NCBI GenBank assembly: GCA_030704615.1
Contig: CM060732.1
Location: 40,734,001-40,798,000 of the forward strand
From: Takakia lepidozioides
Taxonomy: Eukaryota > Plantae > Bryophyta
DNA length: 64,000 nt
Direction of reading: 5' to 3'
Shown: positions 37,231 through 49,397 of the stretch, piece by piece
How positions within the stretch are numbered: the stretch's first letter is position 1
Layout of the letters: every line of letters begins with the position of its first letter
Translations under genes and position numbers: made by a program
The notes under the pieces: generated by a model
Databases searched by the model: none
The model's input: only the letters and a program-made list of their open reading frames with translations
What the model was told of the DNA's origin: nothing

Positions 37231-40200
37231 ATGACGCAGCTGAATTTGGTGTCGCGCTACTTAATTCTGTCGCGATCGTTGTTACAGCGCTCGGGTCTAC
37301 CTCGGTACAGGGATTATTCCGACTGTACCGCTTTTACAGGTTGTGCTAGACCTTCGCACCGGCAAGCTGGTCGTCTTCACCCACGGGTAGGGTCAGTAGA
37401 GCGATTCTGCAATCGAAGGTGGACTCTCCGCGTTTCGACAGAGTCGTGTCGCCGTCATACCAGTTCAGAAGCCGAGAAGAAGGGCTCAGATGAAGAGAGC
37501 TATCGAAGCGAGAGCAATGGAAATGACAATGACGAGAATGAGGTCGGAATTCTGGACATGTAGAACCGTTGCAGTTGTCGGTTGCTTTGAATGGGCGGAG
37601 GTATCCTCAGATCTAATTTCATGTAGTTACTCGGATGTGGGAAAATTAGGGAGGTGTAGAAGGCTCTGTTGTGATGTGGGGCGAATCCAGTAGATGACGA
37701 AAACCAAGATGGAAGGACTCGCATCCTCTTCTCTGTTGGAGAGTATACTTGCAACTCTCTGAGGCCAAAAGCTTTGGTATTTTGTTTGCTACACTGTTGC
37801 GACAGTTCCTGATGCTCAATAATGTCTGCAGTTTCTGGACTTCCCAGGAGCGAAGATGGGATTCAGCAGCGATTTGAAGTTCGTATCAGAGCTGCCCGAT
37901 GTGCCTGTGCCGTGCTATCGGGTGTTGGATGAATTCGGGCGGCCTATTCAAAGTGCTCGACTTCCAGAGGTGAGGTACGGCCTGCTTCTCTTTCTTCCCG
38001 GATCCATTCCTGGATCCATCTGCGGGTTCATGAAAACTTTTGGAGGTCAAGTATAAATCCAAATTCTTACCTTGGGGATAAGCCACAGGACACTCTCCGC
38101 GAAACAAAAAGGATAGACAGATCTGGACAATTCTAGCGTACTGAAAGATGGTTTCAACTGTTACTCAGCTGCAAAGCTTTTTATCCCAAATCTGTAGTGA
38201 GCTACACCCAATGTGTGATGCAGTTGGACAGGTCACTAGCTTTGAAGATGTACCATGATATGGTAACTCTTCAGACCATGGACGCTTTATTTTACGAGGC
38301 ACAAAGACAAGGGCGGTTTTCCTTCTATTTGACAACTATTGGTGAGGAGGCCATCAACATTGCATCTGCAGCGGCTCTAAGTGATGACGACGTGGTTTTT
38401 GCACAGGTTTGCCCATGCTGGTTTATTCTTTTGTGCAAATGTGGTAACCTAGAGTCATGTCTAAGCATGGTCTGACACTAACTTTAACAGGGCTGTGAAC
38501 TCTATGAATGGATCTTATGTGCACGGTGATGTTTTGGACACCCACAAACTCCAGTCTTTGGACATGCTTCATAGTGCTTTTTTCTGATTGTGTTCTATGG
38601 GCCTTGCAACTGTGCCCAGTAACACCTCCAATTTTGCTCAAACGTGTAGGCTTGCAATGGATCTTTTTTATTCAAACCCTGTGTGACAGGGTGCGTGCTT
38701 CATTCAACACCCCTACACCACAATTGCACCCTCTTCCGATCATGGGATATATTGATACTTGATTTGCTGATAGCATGGCTATTATTTGGTTAGTATCTGT
38801 TGTTGGGCACATTATGCAGTTTGTCTCTGGTGAATTTTGTGATTTCTGGAAATGCAAAAGATGTGAGGAAAGCTGTTGGAATGTCTGAAAAGAGATCTGC
38901 ATATATGTATGCGATGAATGTGAGGAGCTGTTGGACTGTGGTGTGTCCAGTATAGGGAGCCAGGAGTCCTGATGTGGCGAGGTTTCACCCTGCTTGACTT
39001 TGCAAATCAGTGTTTTTCAAATGTTCACGACTTGGGCAAGGGTCGGCAGATGCCAGTGCACTATGGCTCCAATGAGCTTAACTACTACACAGTCTCGTCT
39101 CCTATTGCGTAAGCACTCTTTACCAAGACATGAACATGCCTTTCAACGAGTGTTCTCAGTTGATAACAGCAATTTGTAGTTTATTGAGCCAGAAGCGCTT
39201 TGTTTGTCATTGGTGGTGTGTTCATGTCTAAGTAATGGTCCCTTTTTTCTACCAAGGGTGCAAGGCTGCAGTGAGGATTCGGTGGCCCTAGTGGACACAT
39301 TGTAGGAGGCAAAGGTTGAGATCCCATGAGAATTGTTGATGTGCAGAACACAGATGCCTCATGCAGTGGGGGCGGCATATGCCTTGAAGATGGCCCACAA
39401 GTCTGCGTGCACCGTCACTTTCTTCGGTGAAGGTGCTTCTAGTGAGGTGCATGCTACTGTCTTGCCCATATGGCATGGGATGCAACTTTTAGTCACTGGG
39501 TGAAATTTTGGAGGTCGAGCAATAATGTTCTGTCAGTCTAGTTGTTGGGATATAGACTACCTAGATGCGAAAGGTTCCTTGGGTATTTAGATTTGTGATC
39601 TTAGATTCTATTATCTACAGATGACAGGACAAAAGGAATGAATCTGCCACATCCCGCTGCGAATGGTGCCAGCTTACTTCATACTCTTGGACAAGTACTC
39701 CATGTGTGCAGGGGGATTTTCATGCTGCATTGAACTTTGCAGCAGTTTTAGAGGTGCCCGTGTTATTTATTTGCCGTAACAATGGATGGGCCATTAGTAC
39801 TCCAAGCACGGAGCAGTTCCGAAGTATGTTTATCTCTCTTTTTCTTCTGTCGACTCTTTGTTTGCAGCTACAATCATCACCAATTATTTTGGCTAAAACT
39901 ATGATCCGAGCATCTTAAATTGCCTCTCTCTAGCTCATCATCTCTGGGGTCATATGGCTGGTAGACACTGCTGTGGTTCTTTGCTGCCCGAGCATGAGCC
40001 CATCCTGCAAGATCTATATTCTGAGGATATTACGAAGTCTGTATGGACAGGTGATGGTGTGGTTGCTAAAGGTCGAGCATATGGAATCCGTAGCATGCGT
40101 GTGGATGGTAACGATACTCTGGCTATGTATGCTACCGTCAAAGCTGCTCGCAAGATGGCTGTTGATGAGTGTCGACCTATCCTGATTGAGGTATATGTGT

Positions 40201-41567
40201 ATGCCATCCACTTCATCTCTTTGAAACTGAAGTGGCTGCAAATACACATGAAACACTGGATGAAGTCAAGAATTTCCTGTAGTTGTGGGTGTGGAGGCCA
40301 GTACAGGGTACCTGTGGAGCTTTAAAGATCCCTGATGGTTCCACTACCAACTGGTCACTGTAAAACTGTGATTATTTGATGCAGCACATTTTTTTCCTTG
40401 TGTGGCACTGCTCACAAGTAAACCTGCATGTAGGCACTCACTTATCGCGTGGGGCACCATTCAACATCAGATGATTCAGCCAAGTACCGCAAAGGAGATG
40501 AAATGCAGCACTGGAAGATGTTGCGTGACCCAGTCCTTCGCTTCTGTCATTGGCTGCAAAGCCAAGGCTGGTGGGATCTTGAGGCTGACCAGCAGCTGCG
40601 ATCTGAAGCACGCACAAAGGTTTGCACACTCACAATGCTGTTTGAAAGGGGTTGCAACCATACACTTTTGAGCAGATGTATGCTGACAGGTAGATAAGTA
40701 GACAAACTGGTGGAAACAGACACAGACACAGATTCTCGAAGTAGGAGGTTCTGGAGACAGTCATGTACCTTCTTTCAGGCAGCTATTGATGGGATTGTTT
40801 GGGGACCAACTTCACATGACGCTGATGGGCCTGCTATTGTGACCCCTGTGGAAGCTAGTTGTAGCAACATTGATGGACAGAACCCAGGACCGAGATGATC
40901 ATAACCTGGTTGAAGTGGTTTTTACACTTCACTGCAGGGAGGGACGACTGGCATGACAATGCCACTGAGCGGTAGCTTCTCCCTTGACTACCCCCACAGG
41001 GCTGCTATACCTGGCTGCCAGGACTTTCTTGCAGCAGTGGTTACAGGCTTTTTAACCTAGGGCGAGATATCTGGTTCTTCCAGTTGAGTGAGAATCGCTC
41101 AAATGGATGTTGCCAGTGTGAACATCAGGCCCAAAAGTACTGACAACAATACTTACAAATGGCAAGGGTAGGTGCTGTGCGCCTGGAAGTGAGATTTAGT
41201 ATGAACAGTATATGAAAGTGCCCATGTTATGTGAGATGATTCCCTCATACAGACGGAAATATAGCTGAACCTGATGTGATCAGAAACCGTCTGTTTTGGG
41301 GAGGGGCTTATGTCAAAGTGATAGGTTGAGTTTCTCAGATGGTTCAGTGCCATTCGTTCTGATATCGAGTCTCTGAGGATGGATGGGGATGGTATGCAGG
41401 TTATTGCAGCAATGCACACTGCTGGGCCTGTCCACAAGCCTCCTTTGTCCAACTTCTTTACGGATGTCTATGATGCCATTCCCAACAATTTGAAGCAGCA
41501 AGAGAAAGAGCTGCGAGTGACTGTAACAAGGCACCAACAGGACTATCCATTGGACGTTCCTTTGTAA
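37231..41567 (+). CDS. BCKDHA: Branched-chain 2-oxoacid (2-oxoisovalerate) dehydrogenase E1 alpha subunit, mitochondrial, 9 exons, about 498 aa
   Basis: Exons 37231-37542, 37832-37969, 38224-38406, 38951-39108, 39347-39446, 39712-39823, 40051-40190, 40434-40619, 41400-41567 (1497 nt, in frame). Motifs: [29 protein letters not shown], the TPP-binding [16 protein letters not shown]...[11 protein letters not shown], and [12 protein letters not shown]. Arg/Ser-rich presequence. Confidence 0.95.
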
Positions 41568-42934
41568 ATATGGCTTACATGGATAGACTTGTCATCAAAG
41601 GAGTGAAGGGCTCTCTCTTCAATGCACAGTATTTGAACCGAAGTTGCAGGGGTGGCGTCTTGTATATCCCAAGCAGATTTGCATCGAACACTATCTATGC
41701 ATATTGGACAATCAACAGAGGTGAAGGTAATTGTTCTTTCAATCTCAAGATGAACCCTGAGCAGGGTTTTGCAAAATTGCAAACATATCCATCTGCAGGA
41801 TATACTGGTTGCGTCTTTGCACAACAATGTCATAAAGTGTTTGTAGCCCACCACGATAAGTCCTTAAAAAGCCAATCCAGTAGACTGGAACTGGACCGGT
41901 GGGGTGGCGGGACACTGGGAACCGGTTCCTGCAAAGTGGGGTCCATCAAGAACTGGGCTATGCAATGGCCATTTGGCTCGCCTTCTTGGGTGATTAAGTC
42001 TTAGGACAGGTCGCTAGTTGCTGCAAGTGAGTGCTTTGTTAGTTCAATTTTTTTCACCCCACTGACTTCGGACCGCCTGCATGTTCTTGCATGTTCTGTG
42101 TTCATTGATTTTTACTTTTCAAATGATTGGGGGTGTTAAGGTGTACACCCAAGCTACACATTTTTATGTCGGCAAATGATATGTCGTTTGTTCATTTGTT
42201 TTTATTGAAGACAATTTTTTTCTTAATTTTTAAAAGTATGTTCCTCAAACCATAGATGCTAGAATCAAAAAACTAACTACGGTTTAGGCCTGCTTCAGCG
42301 GATTGCTTGCCCAAAGGACTTAGCGGAAGCTGAGCCTGGAGGCCTTTGATGATTGCTTAACGTGCTTCCAGTTGATATCCCTGTCAAACTCCGGCAAGGC
42401 TGTGGACGGTACCCGTGGCGTCTCTCCAAGCCCTTGGGGGCAGTTTGTTCCAGTCGCAGCTATCCGGGGAGGGGCTGTTGCAGATAATTCCATCCTGCCC
42501 CTAGGTCGCAATGAAGGTAGAGTGGAGCTGGGTAGCTTGTTGGTCCGATTGTGCTCTTTCGATATCTGGGTTTGGATGGGTTCCTGCGATTGAGTTGCAG
42601 GCGGTGGAGAGGCTTCTCCCTTACCATTGGACTGGATCTCCAGATGTAGGGTGGCTGGTGATGAGGCCATTCCTGCTCCCCCTGATACTGAGTCAACTGA
42701 TGACGAAGAGGCTGTGGGCAGTCTTGCTCCTCCCAATTGCTCCCTGGTTCTCTGCAGCTCCATTCGGTGGTTCTCCTCTTCCATCTCCACGTCTAGCCTC
42801 ATTGAGAGTAAGGTGAAGGTGCTGCGCAGTGCATCTCTTGTCCTGATCTTGAACCCGCCCTGCCCCCAAACCCTGATAAGCGCCGACTCATTAATCCATA
42901 GCGCCCCTGGAGGGGCAGGGGTATGATACACCTC

Positions 42935-43620
42935 CTTTTTATTAATTTGTTAAAAAAAGGGACGGAGCCCGGAAGCACATTGATAAGTGGAAAAAAAATC
43001 CACAATGGGGCCTCGAGGCTAACATTGGGGATAACCACCCCGCAACCAAAAAGTGAACAGAAAGAACCGAAGGAGAGAAGGAAATGATAGAGAAAGAGCC
43101 CACAACAGTAGCAGAAAGGATGAGGGATGGGGCTGCAGCGGAAACACGGGAGAAAGGAAAAGAGAGACGCGGAAGGGGGGGAGATTCCTTCCCTTAGTCA
43201 TCAGGTCAAGATAAAAATTGAACATGACAGACGTGATACTGGGCGCTCCCCCTGCAAAAATCCAAGCACATCTCATTTCCAGAGTTGCCAAAGTGTATAA
43301 GCTACAAGGCAAGCCCAGACCAGACAAGTCCTCATCAATCTGCCTTGCTGGTAATTGAGGAGAAGCAGAAGAGTAAAGGGAAGAAGGGGCAGATTTTCCC
43401 AATAAGCGTTGAAAGAGAAAACGAGCAACCAAACTCTATTAGGCAGCGGGCACAGTGCTCAATGGATTCGGACAGCCCACCATGGCAAAATTTGCAATCC
43501 AAGTTCTCTGTTCCAGGAAAGAATGGGCTGACAGATTATGAGATTTTCGGCGAGGGATCTAACGGCGGAAGGTCCCGTGGGATCTTACGCAGTCATCTTT
43601 TCTTTGCTAATCTGATTTCT
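42935..43620 (-). mobile_element. L1-clade LINE 3' relic
   Basis: The minus strand encodes LDCKFCHGGLSESIEHC (zf-RVT-like) and ...EMRCAWIF..., followed by a pyrimidine-rich 3' UTR and AATAAAAA. Confidence 0.55.
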
Positions 43621-45049
43621 TTTCTTGTAGTTCTAGGGGTCCATCCACTGCAAAAAGAAACCCTATGTCTTTACACAGGGTAAGTCCCCCACCCTGGGGG
43701 CACCTTGGTGTTCGGGTCGTACTGCCTCGGCCTACGCCCTCGGATTATCCCCCTATGGAAGACTATCTAGGCGGAGAGGGCTCAAGGAGCCCGCCACCAT
43801 CAATGGTGATGGACTACGTGAGCCCGGGTTCCTGCATCACCATCCACGGTGACAAACGCCCAAATATATTCGACTGCTGCGCGGTGATACCAAGTTTTCT
43901 GAAATTTTTTAATTAAAAAATTGTGGCATTTGTCATGAACAGTGGTGACGGGCAAGATCACCCCTCATCGCGGGTTCGGCTAAACTATCCAGTAATGCTA
44001 GGAAAAAAAATATAGACAATTTTGTCCCTGCCCAGCGACACAAAAACGCTTTTTATTTTTAAGTAATTTTTTATGGACTGCCCATCGGAGCTTGAATCTA
44101 TGGGTAGCATGGGATGCATTGAACATCTTGTCTCTAGTGAAGCCTAACCGGGCCATATTTGTAATGTGACTCTGAGCTTGTGAGATTGTTGGAGCTCAAA
44201 TTGCACCATGTGTCACTGTAATCACTGCCCTTCAAAATGCTAACAACATTGAAAGGTCGAGGTAAAGGTAAAGTTCGAGTTCGACCAGGTCGAGTTTGAG
44301 GTAAAGTTTGATTTTGATTTTGATTTATGTTGTTAATATTTATACTTCGTTCATGTACTGAACTCATTTGAGGTCGAGTTTTCAGCATGTCAACAAATAG
44401 AATGTGAAAGAAATAGGCTTCCACTCTAAGTCCATGCATCGTTACGAGATCGTTACAATATTACAAAATCTCTCTGAATGAAATGATATGATAAAAAGAT
44501 AGTGAAAACAAGTTGCTTATATTTGTCCATTATTAACAACCAACATGTAGCCCAGTGGTAATGGGCACATACCAACTCAAAAGAGGTTGTGGCTTCAATC
44601 CATTGGTATCCTAACAATATTGAAAGGTGGAACTCGAGATCAGGATCAAGGTCGAGTTCGAGTCCAATTTTTGTTGTTAATATCTCTATTTCGTTGAGTG
44701 AACCTTTGATACTTTGGATTGACTTTGACATGATACTGCCAATGTGACAACAGGAAGTATCCAGAAACAGGTAACATAGACGAGGAGAAGTTGTGGAATG
44801 AACAGTCAATGGTGGGACAATGGAGGCAAAAGGTGAATGCATGTTGGATTACAGAGAGTAGCAGATGCAATTGAGCATAGGAGCTAGTGTGATAATTAAG
44901 TTGGGTGTTTCCTAGAACACATCTAGGCTCCATGGGTCGTGCCACAAGGTCAAGGCCAATGTGGTGAGGGCACCTTCTTCTTCGACCTATTTCAGCCTGT
45001 TTTGCCCTCTCATCAGACTCGGCCCTGAGATGCATACTGAATTGTCAAG

Positions 45050-45210
45050 GACAATGTGGTGAGGGCACCTGGATGTGGTGAGCAAATGATGCGCGAAGGG
45101 GTGAAGCCCAACCACATCACGTTCATTTGTGTTTGCAATGCGTGTGCAAGCCTGGGAGCCCTGGAAAAGGGGGAGAGGTCCATGATGACATCGTCAAAGC
45201 TGGAATTGTA
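45050..45210 (+). pseudogene. Isolated PLS-class pentatricopeptide-repeat gene fragment
   Basis: EQMMREGVKPNHITFICVCNACASLGALEKG(frameshift)VHDDIVKAGI is the junction of a P and an L motif. No flanking PPR ORF. Confidence 0.75.
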
Positions 45211-46550
45211 CCAAATGTCATTGTGAACTTTAACATGATGCCCGTGATATGTTTTAACAAAAATCAAAGTAGTTAGGAATAGTAATGGTGAACACAATAT
45301 AGACACTGAGTTTCTGCTTAAATGGTCGGTTGTCAATCAATACTCTTAGTTTTTTTTTAAATTAAGCTACAATTTGTGACAATGAAGTTTGAGATTAAAT
45401 ATGTAATGACAACTTTCTCGCTTGGACCATAATTCATCCATTACAACTTCAGCTTGTATTTGTACAAAAAACTTCTTATTTTAATATACAAGGGATCAAC
45501 AATATGTAGTTTTGTTCTATGATGACAAAACTAACTGCATTTGACATACGCAAAGTGAAATGGTTGTCTCTACAAATTTACATGAAAGTAACAATTAACA
45601 ACTAGGAATATGTCTTAACCCAATTCATATGCTCGATCACGGATGATAGTCAATTCTTGCACATTATCAAATAGTTTTTGGAATGTGACAATGACACTCA
45701 ATGTATATACAAGTGAAACCATATATTCTTTTACATGTACTATATACATTTTTATTTTTATTTTTGTTTTTGGTCTTAAGGATGAGCAAACGGGTCAAAT
45801 AGATTTGTTTCAGTCTTGTTGAGTACCTCTACTATTGATTTGGATTAACCTCCATGTCATTCCCAAGCTCATCCATGTCCATTGTTAGGGGAGGGAATAC
45901 TGCAAAGTCATCTTCACTGCCATTTAGGGGGTTAACCAACCTACAAATGATGCACGTTTTGAAGGCCAGAACTTGTGTATTAAACAATTGAGCTATCATA
46001 AACAAATGGTGTACTAACTTACCCATGTTCTCGCTCATTCGATTGGGACTTAGCAGCAGGTACATGACTATCAATGTATTTGTCATTTTGTGTGATTTTG
46101 CGAACTCGATGGAACTTGAATGCCTCAACAAGCCTGTCAAGGTTCTCTTGCATAGTTGGCAAGAAGACAACATAGAGTGACATTTTGTGCCAAGGATCTC
46201 AGATGTCAAGAATACCCATATTCGCCATGAGAAAGATGTTTGAAGAAGAACATAATCAGTCCATATATAACGCCATCAATGCTCAATTCTCTACACATAT
46301 ATTCACAACCTTATGCATTACATTACTTTATCATGATTTTGTGTAGCTACAATAACAACAAATCAATGAATAGTCAATAATAAAATTAAGTAGAATAAGT
46401 GCTTCATCGTAGGCTACCAACAAAAAGTAATAGACTGTTTTAATTCGACGATTTGGACATCCCCTCCGATCCAATCAGATTTTATAAATTAACATGTGTT
46501 GGTGTGAGAAGATATGGAGGCAGCTTGACGTTCATTGCCTGATATATTTC

Positions 46551-47507
46551 TCACAGGTGCATCTCTCCATAATTAGGTACTGTGGACTTGGATGGTCCAA
46601 CGATTTCTGCATTGATTTTAGCATGGACCCCAGAGTCCCCATCAGTAGGCTCTACACAGTGACTCTCACTAGCTAGATGAGTGTGTTTCATGTCGGCAAC
46701 TTTAGACAGGCCTGCCTTAGCAGCTTTGAGACGTAACCTTTCTTCAATCAATTCCACCATCTCATCTTCAGTGGTGTAAGTCTGTTTTTGCAGAAACACT
46801 TTCTCAGCAGGGGGCAAGCCCTTTATAAAACAATGTTTCAAAATAGCAGGTCTCTCTGATGCAATCAAAACCGACTTACAAATTGCAGTTCGTAAATCAG
46901 TGTAGTATTTCCACACACTGTCGCCATAATGAAATTTTAAGTCTGGTGTGGTGTAAGCTATGGGCTTTTCTTCACGAAAGAGCTTGCGAGCCAATTCTCT
47001 GGCTTCGACCCACGTAAGATCATTTTTGTCCTTAATGTTGGACTCAAACAGTTGCCTGGCCTCTCCCTTGAGACAGATCCGAAAGGACTTGACTTGGAAT
47101 TGTGGGGGAACTCCATTAATTTCAGTGTTGATTTCAAAAAATCCCAAGAATGACTCAAAATCCTCCCCTAAGTTGTACTTAGGGTATTGCTGCTTATGCA
47201 TTAGCTCTCCATGATCAGATTTTCGTGGAGTAGTGTCCGGAACTTCAGATTGTTTCAGCAACATCTTCAAAAGGGGGGGACAATTTGAAATGACCCCCAT
47301 GGCTTTACACAGCACGTCCAAATCAAATGTGGGCTGAGGCACAGTCGCCGGATCTTTGTGATCTCCGGAGGACTCTCCCCTTTCCATATTATTCTTTTCA
47401 TTAGTTGGTGTCTCTTCCCTCTCCTCCGCTGCACGTTTTTCCAACTCACTCAGTCCCATTGTTTCTTCTGCTTCCCTTTCTAGCATAGATCTTGTAAATA
47501 TAGGCAT
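46551..47507 (-). mobile_element. Ty3/gypsy-like gag (capsid) ORF, 3'-truncated, with no pol
   Basis: 318-aa ORF: MPIFTRS...PKYNLGEDFESFLGFFE...CLKGEARQLF...TWVEARELARKLF...GDSVWKYYTDLR...FIKGLPP, typical of retrotransposon gag. Confidence 0.8.
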
Positions 47508-47519
47508 GAGAAGAGAAGG

Positions 47520-49030
47520 ACACGACTATCTGTCCGAAGAAGCACTAAGCTGCGAGTCCCACCCAGACACACAATGGGAGGTGATGAAGCGGTGCTTGTG
47601 CAGCAGGTACACTCATTCTCCCAAAAATGTCCATAGTTCCTCTTCACCCTTGACCCAAAAAAACCACGCGCACGATGTTGCACACCACTTTCTCTTTCAC
47701 CAACAGCGTGTGGGCAGGATATGTCTGAGCTTCTTCGGCCTTGTAGAGACCTACTGTTTCACGCCGAAAACACCCCCTCGGAAAGATCAACACATCACTG
47801 GGACAAAAAGGAAATTCAGAGTGAGGGATACCCGTGATGAGCTCTTCCCAAGTGGGATCCCGGGTAGGGGCTGGCGGAACTCGAGGCCTTAAATTAGCAA
47901 GCATAATAGACGTTCATTCTTTGACCAGTTTCCACAATCGGAGAGGGCTCGGCTTGTCAGGAGGCAAGAAGCTCTCAAGCTCTATACCCAATTCTCGACT
48001 TTACATAGAATTACGGAATGCCCAAGACAGCCCAACTAAGCTTCTCTCCACTCTCCAACTGCTCCTTTGCACTAGCAATGGGGATTTGTAGAGTGACTTC
48101 CTTGGAATGAAGTTTGAGGAGCAGGCGTGCAGCATAGGCTCCCTGAAGAGATTCGCGAATGCGCCGACTCTGCTTCCTTTGCTCCGCTTTGGTGTTAATG
48201 GGTTTGCAGGCTTCTTTGCGCGCAGTTCCTCAAAAGTTTTGGCCCACAACTCCGAGGGCGTGTCCAGCGGGAGCTCGGGCCGCGGAATCGGTTCTCCCTC
48301 CGGGTAATCAACAAAGACCAACTACTCAGGCAACAGGTTGCGCGCAAGCTCATAGATGTAGCGAGATTCCAACGCCAGAGTCTGCTTCAAGCGCGGGACT
48401 TCGAATTGATCAAGTTCAAACCAACCACGTTCAGAGCTGGAAGCCATAGTGCTTGCTTGCTAACCTCTCAAAACACAGAAGAGCTCGAGCAGACAAACTT
48501 CCTCTCTCTCTCGCGCGAGACATAAGCCGCCATTTTGCCACCCCCTCTCCCTTCCATCATGCAGGATCTTCCGTACCCAATCTACTGTTTTCAAGTGCTT
48601 TGTACCAACTATATCCTCTGTCAATTATTTCAGTTACCCCTCATCTCCACCATGATTCCGGCGCTATGGGTTTGTTTTTCTTCCTCTGCCGGACTTAACC
48701 TTATCTGAGGAATGTAGTCGATAGATGGGCCTGGCAGAGAAGACGAAATCTTACTGAGGGGACACCACAGACTCAAACCTCCAAACACTTTCATCCAACT
48801 ACTCAAGCACACCGTTACACCCAACGTACGCTCGCGTAAGACCAAAAAAGCCACCACCCTTACTGCCACAGCAGTGAGGTTTAAATAGTATTAGGTCATA
48901 ATCTAATCCTAGTGCCGCGTGGCACTTACACATAGGTCCACCAGATGCCCTTCCAGCACAGCAATAGAAAGAAACCAGATCACCCAGTCCTATCCTAATC
49001 CAATCCTAAACTAGCTGTTAGAATAAGACA
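47520..49030 (-). mobile_element. 5' region of the gypsy-like element: putative LTR (about 48714-49030) and a disrupted extra ORF (from 48447 to about 47520)
   Basis: On the minus strand the putative LTR starts TGTCTT at 49030 and may end CTACA at 48714. The upstream ORF MASSSERGWFELDQF...LLPE*LVFVDYPEG... continues through frameshifts to ...PTWEELITGIPHSEFPF.... No second LTR or clear PBS was found. Confidence 0.45.
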
Positions 49031-49397
49031 GCCCCTAATAAAGTCATCGGCTGTTGCCAGCTCATCCTTATGTGCAGGTGTAAGTTCATCCAGACTTCAT
49101 CCTGGCTTCGTCCATCCCTAGAATCATCCGGAGCGCATCCCTCCTCCATTCATCCATGACGAAAAATAAGGTGAGAAGGAATCCCAGCTCCCCACCCCCA
49201 AATACAGTATTCCCGTTAAATTAAACTACTGGAAAGGAGCAGCGGGCTAGGACACAGAGGAAAAACCTGGATTAAACCCTAACCCTAAAATGGAGAGTCA
49301 TTCTTTCTTATCCTTTCTCTTCGTCTCTGGAGAGATTGACAGGAGGGTTTGGTGTTCAGTGTGGACCTGCTGTGGTTTGGGAATTGCATTTGGAAGC

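Noticed and set aside
42320-42931. 203-aa minus-strand ORF as a host gene
   Set aside because: No recognisable domain, non-ATG start, and it sits next to a LINE relic; probably retroelement-derived, but I cannot assign it.
48855-48870. tRNA primer-binding site (TGGCAGTAAGG on the minus strand)
   Set aside because: It is not preceded by an LTR-terminal CA and I cannot match it confidently to a tRNA 3' end.
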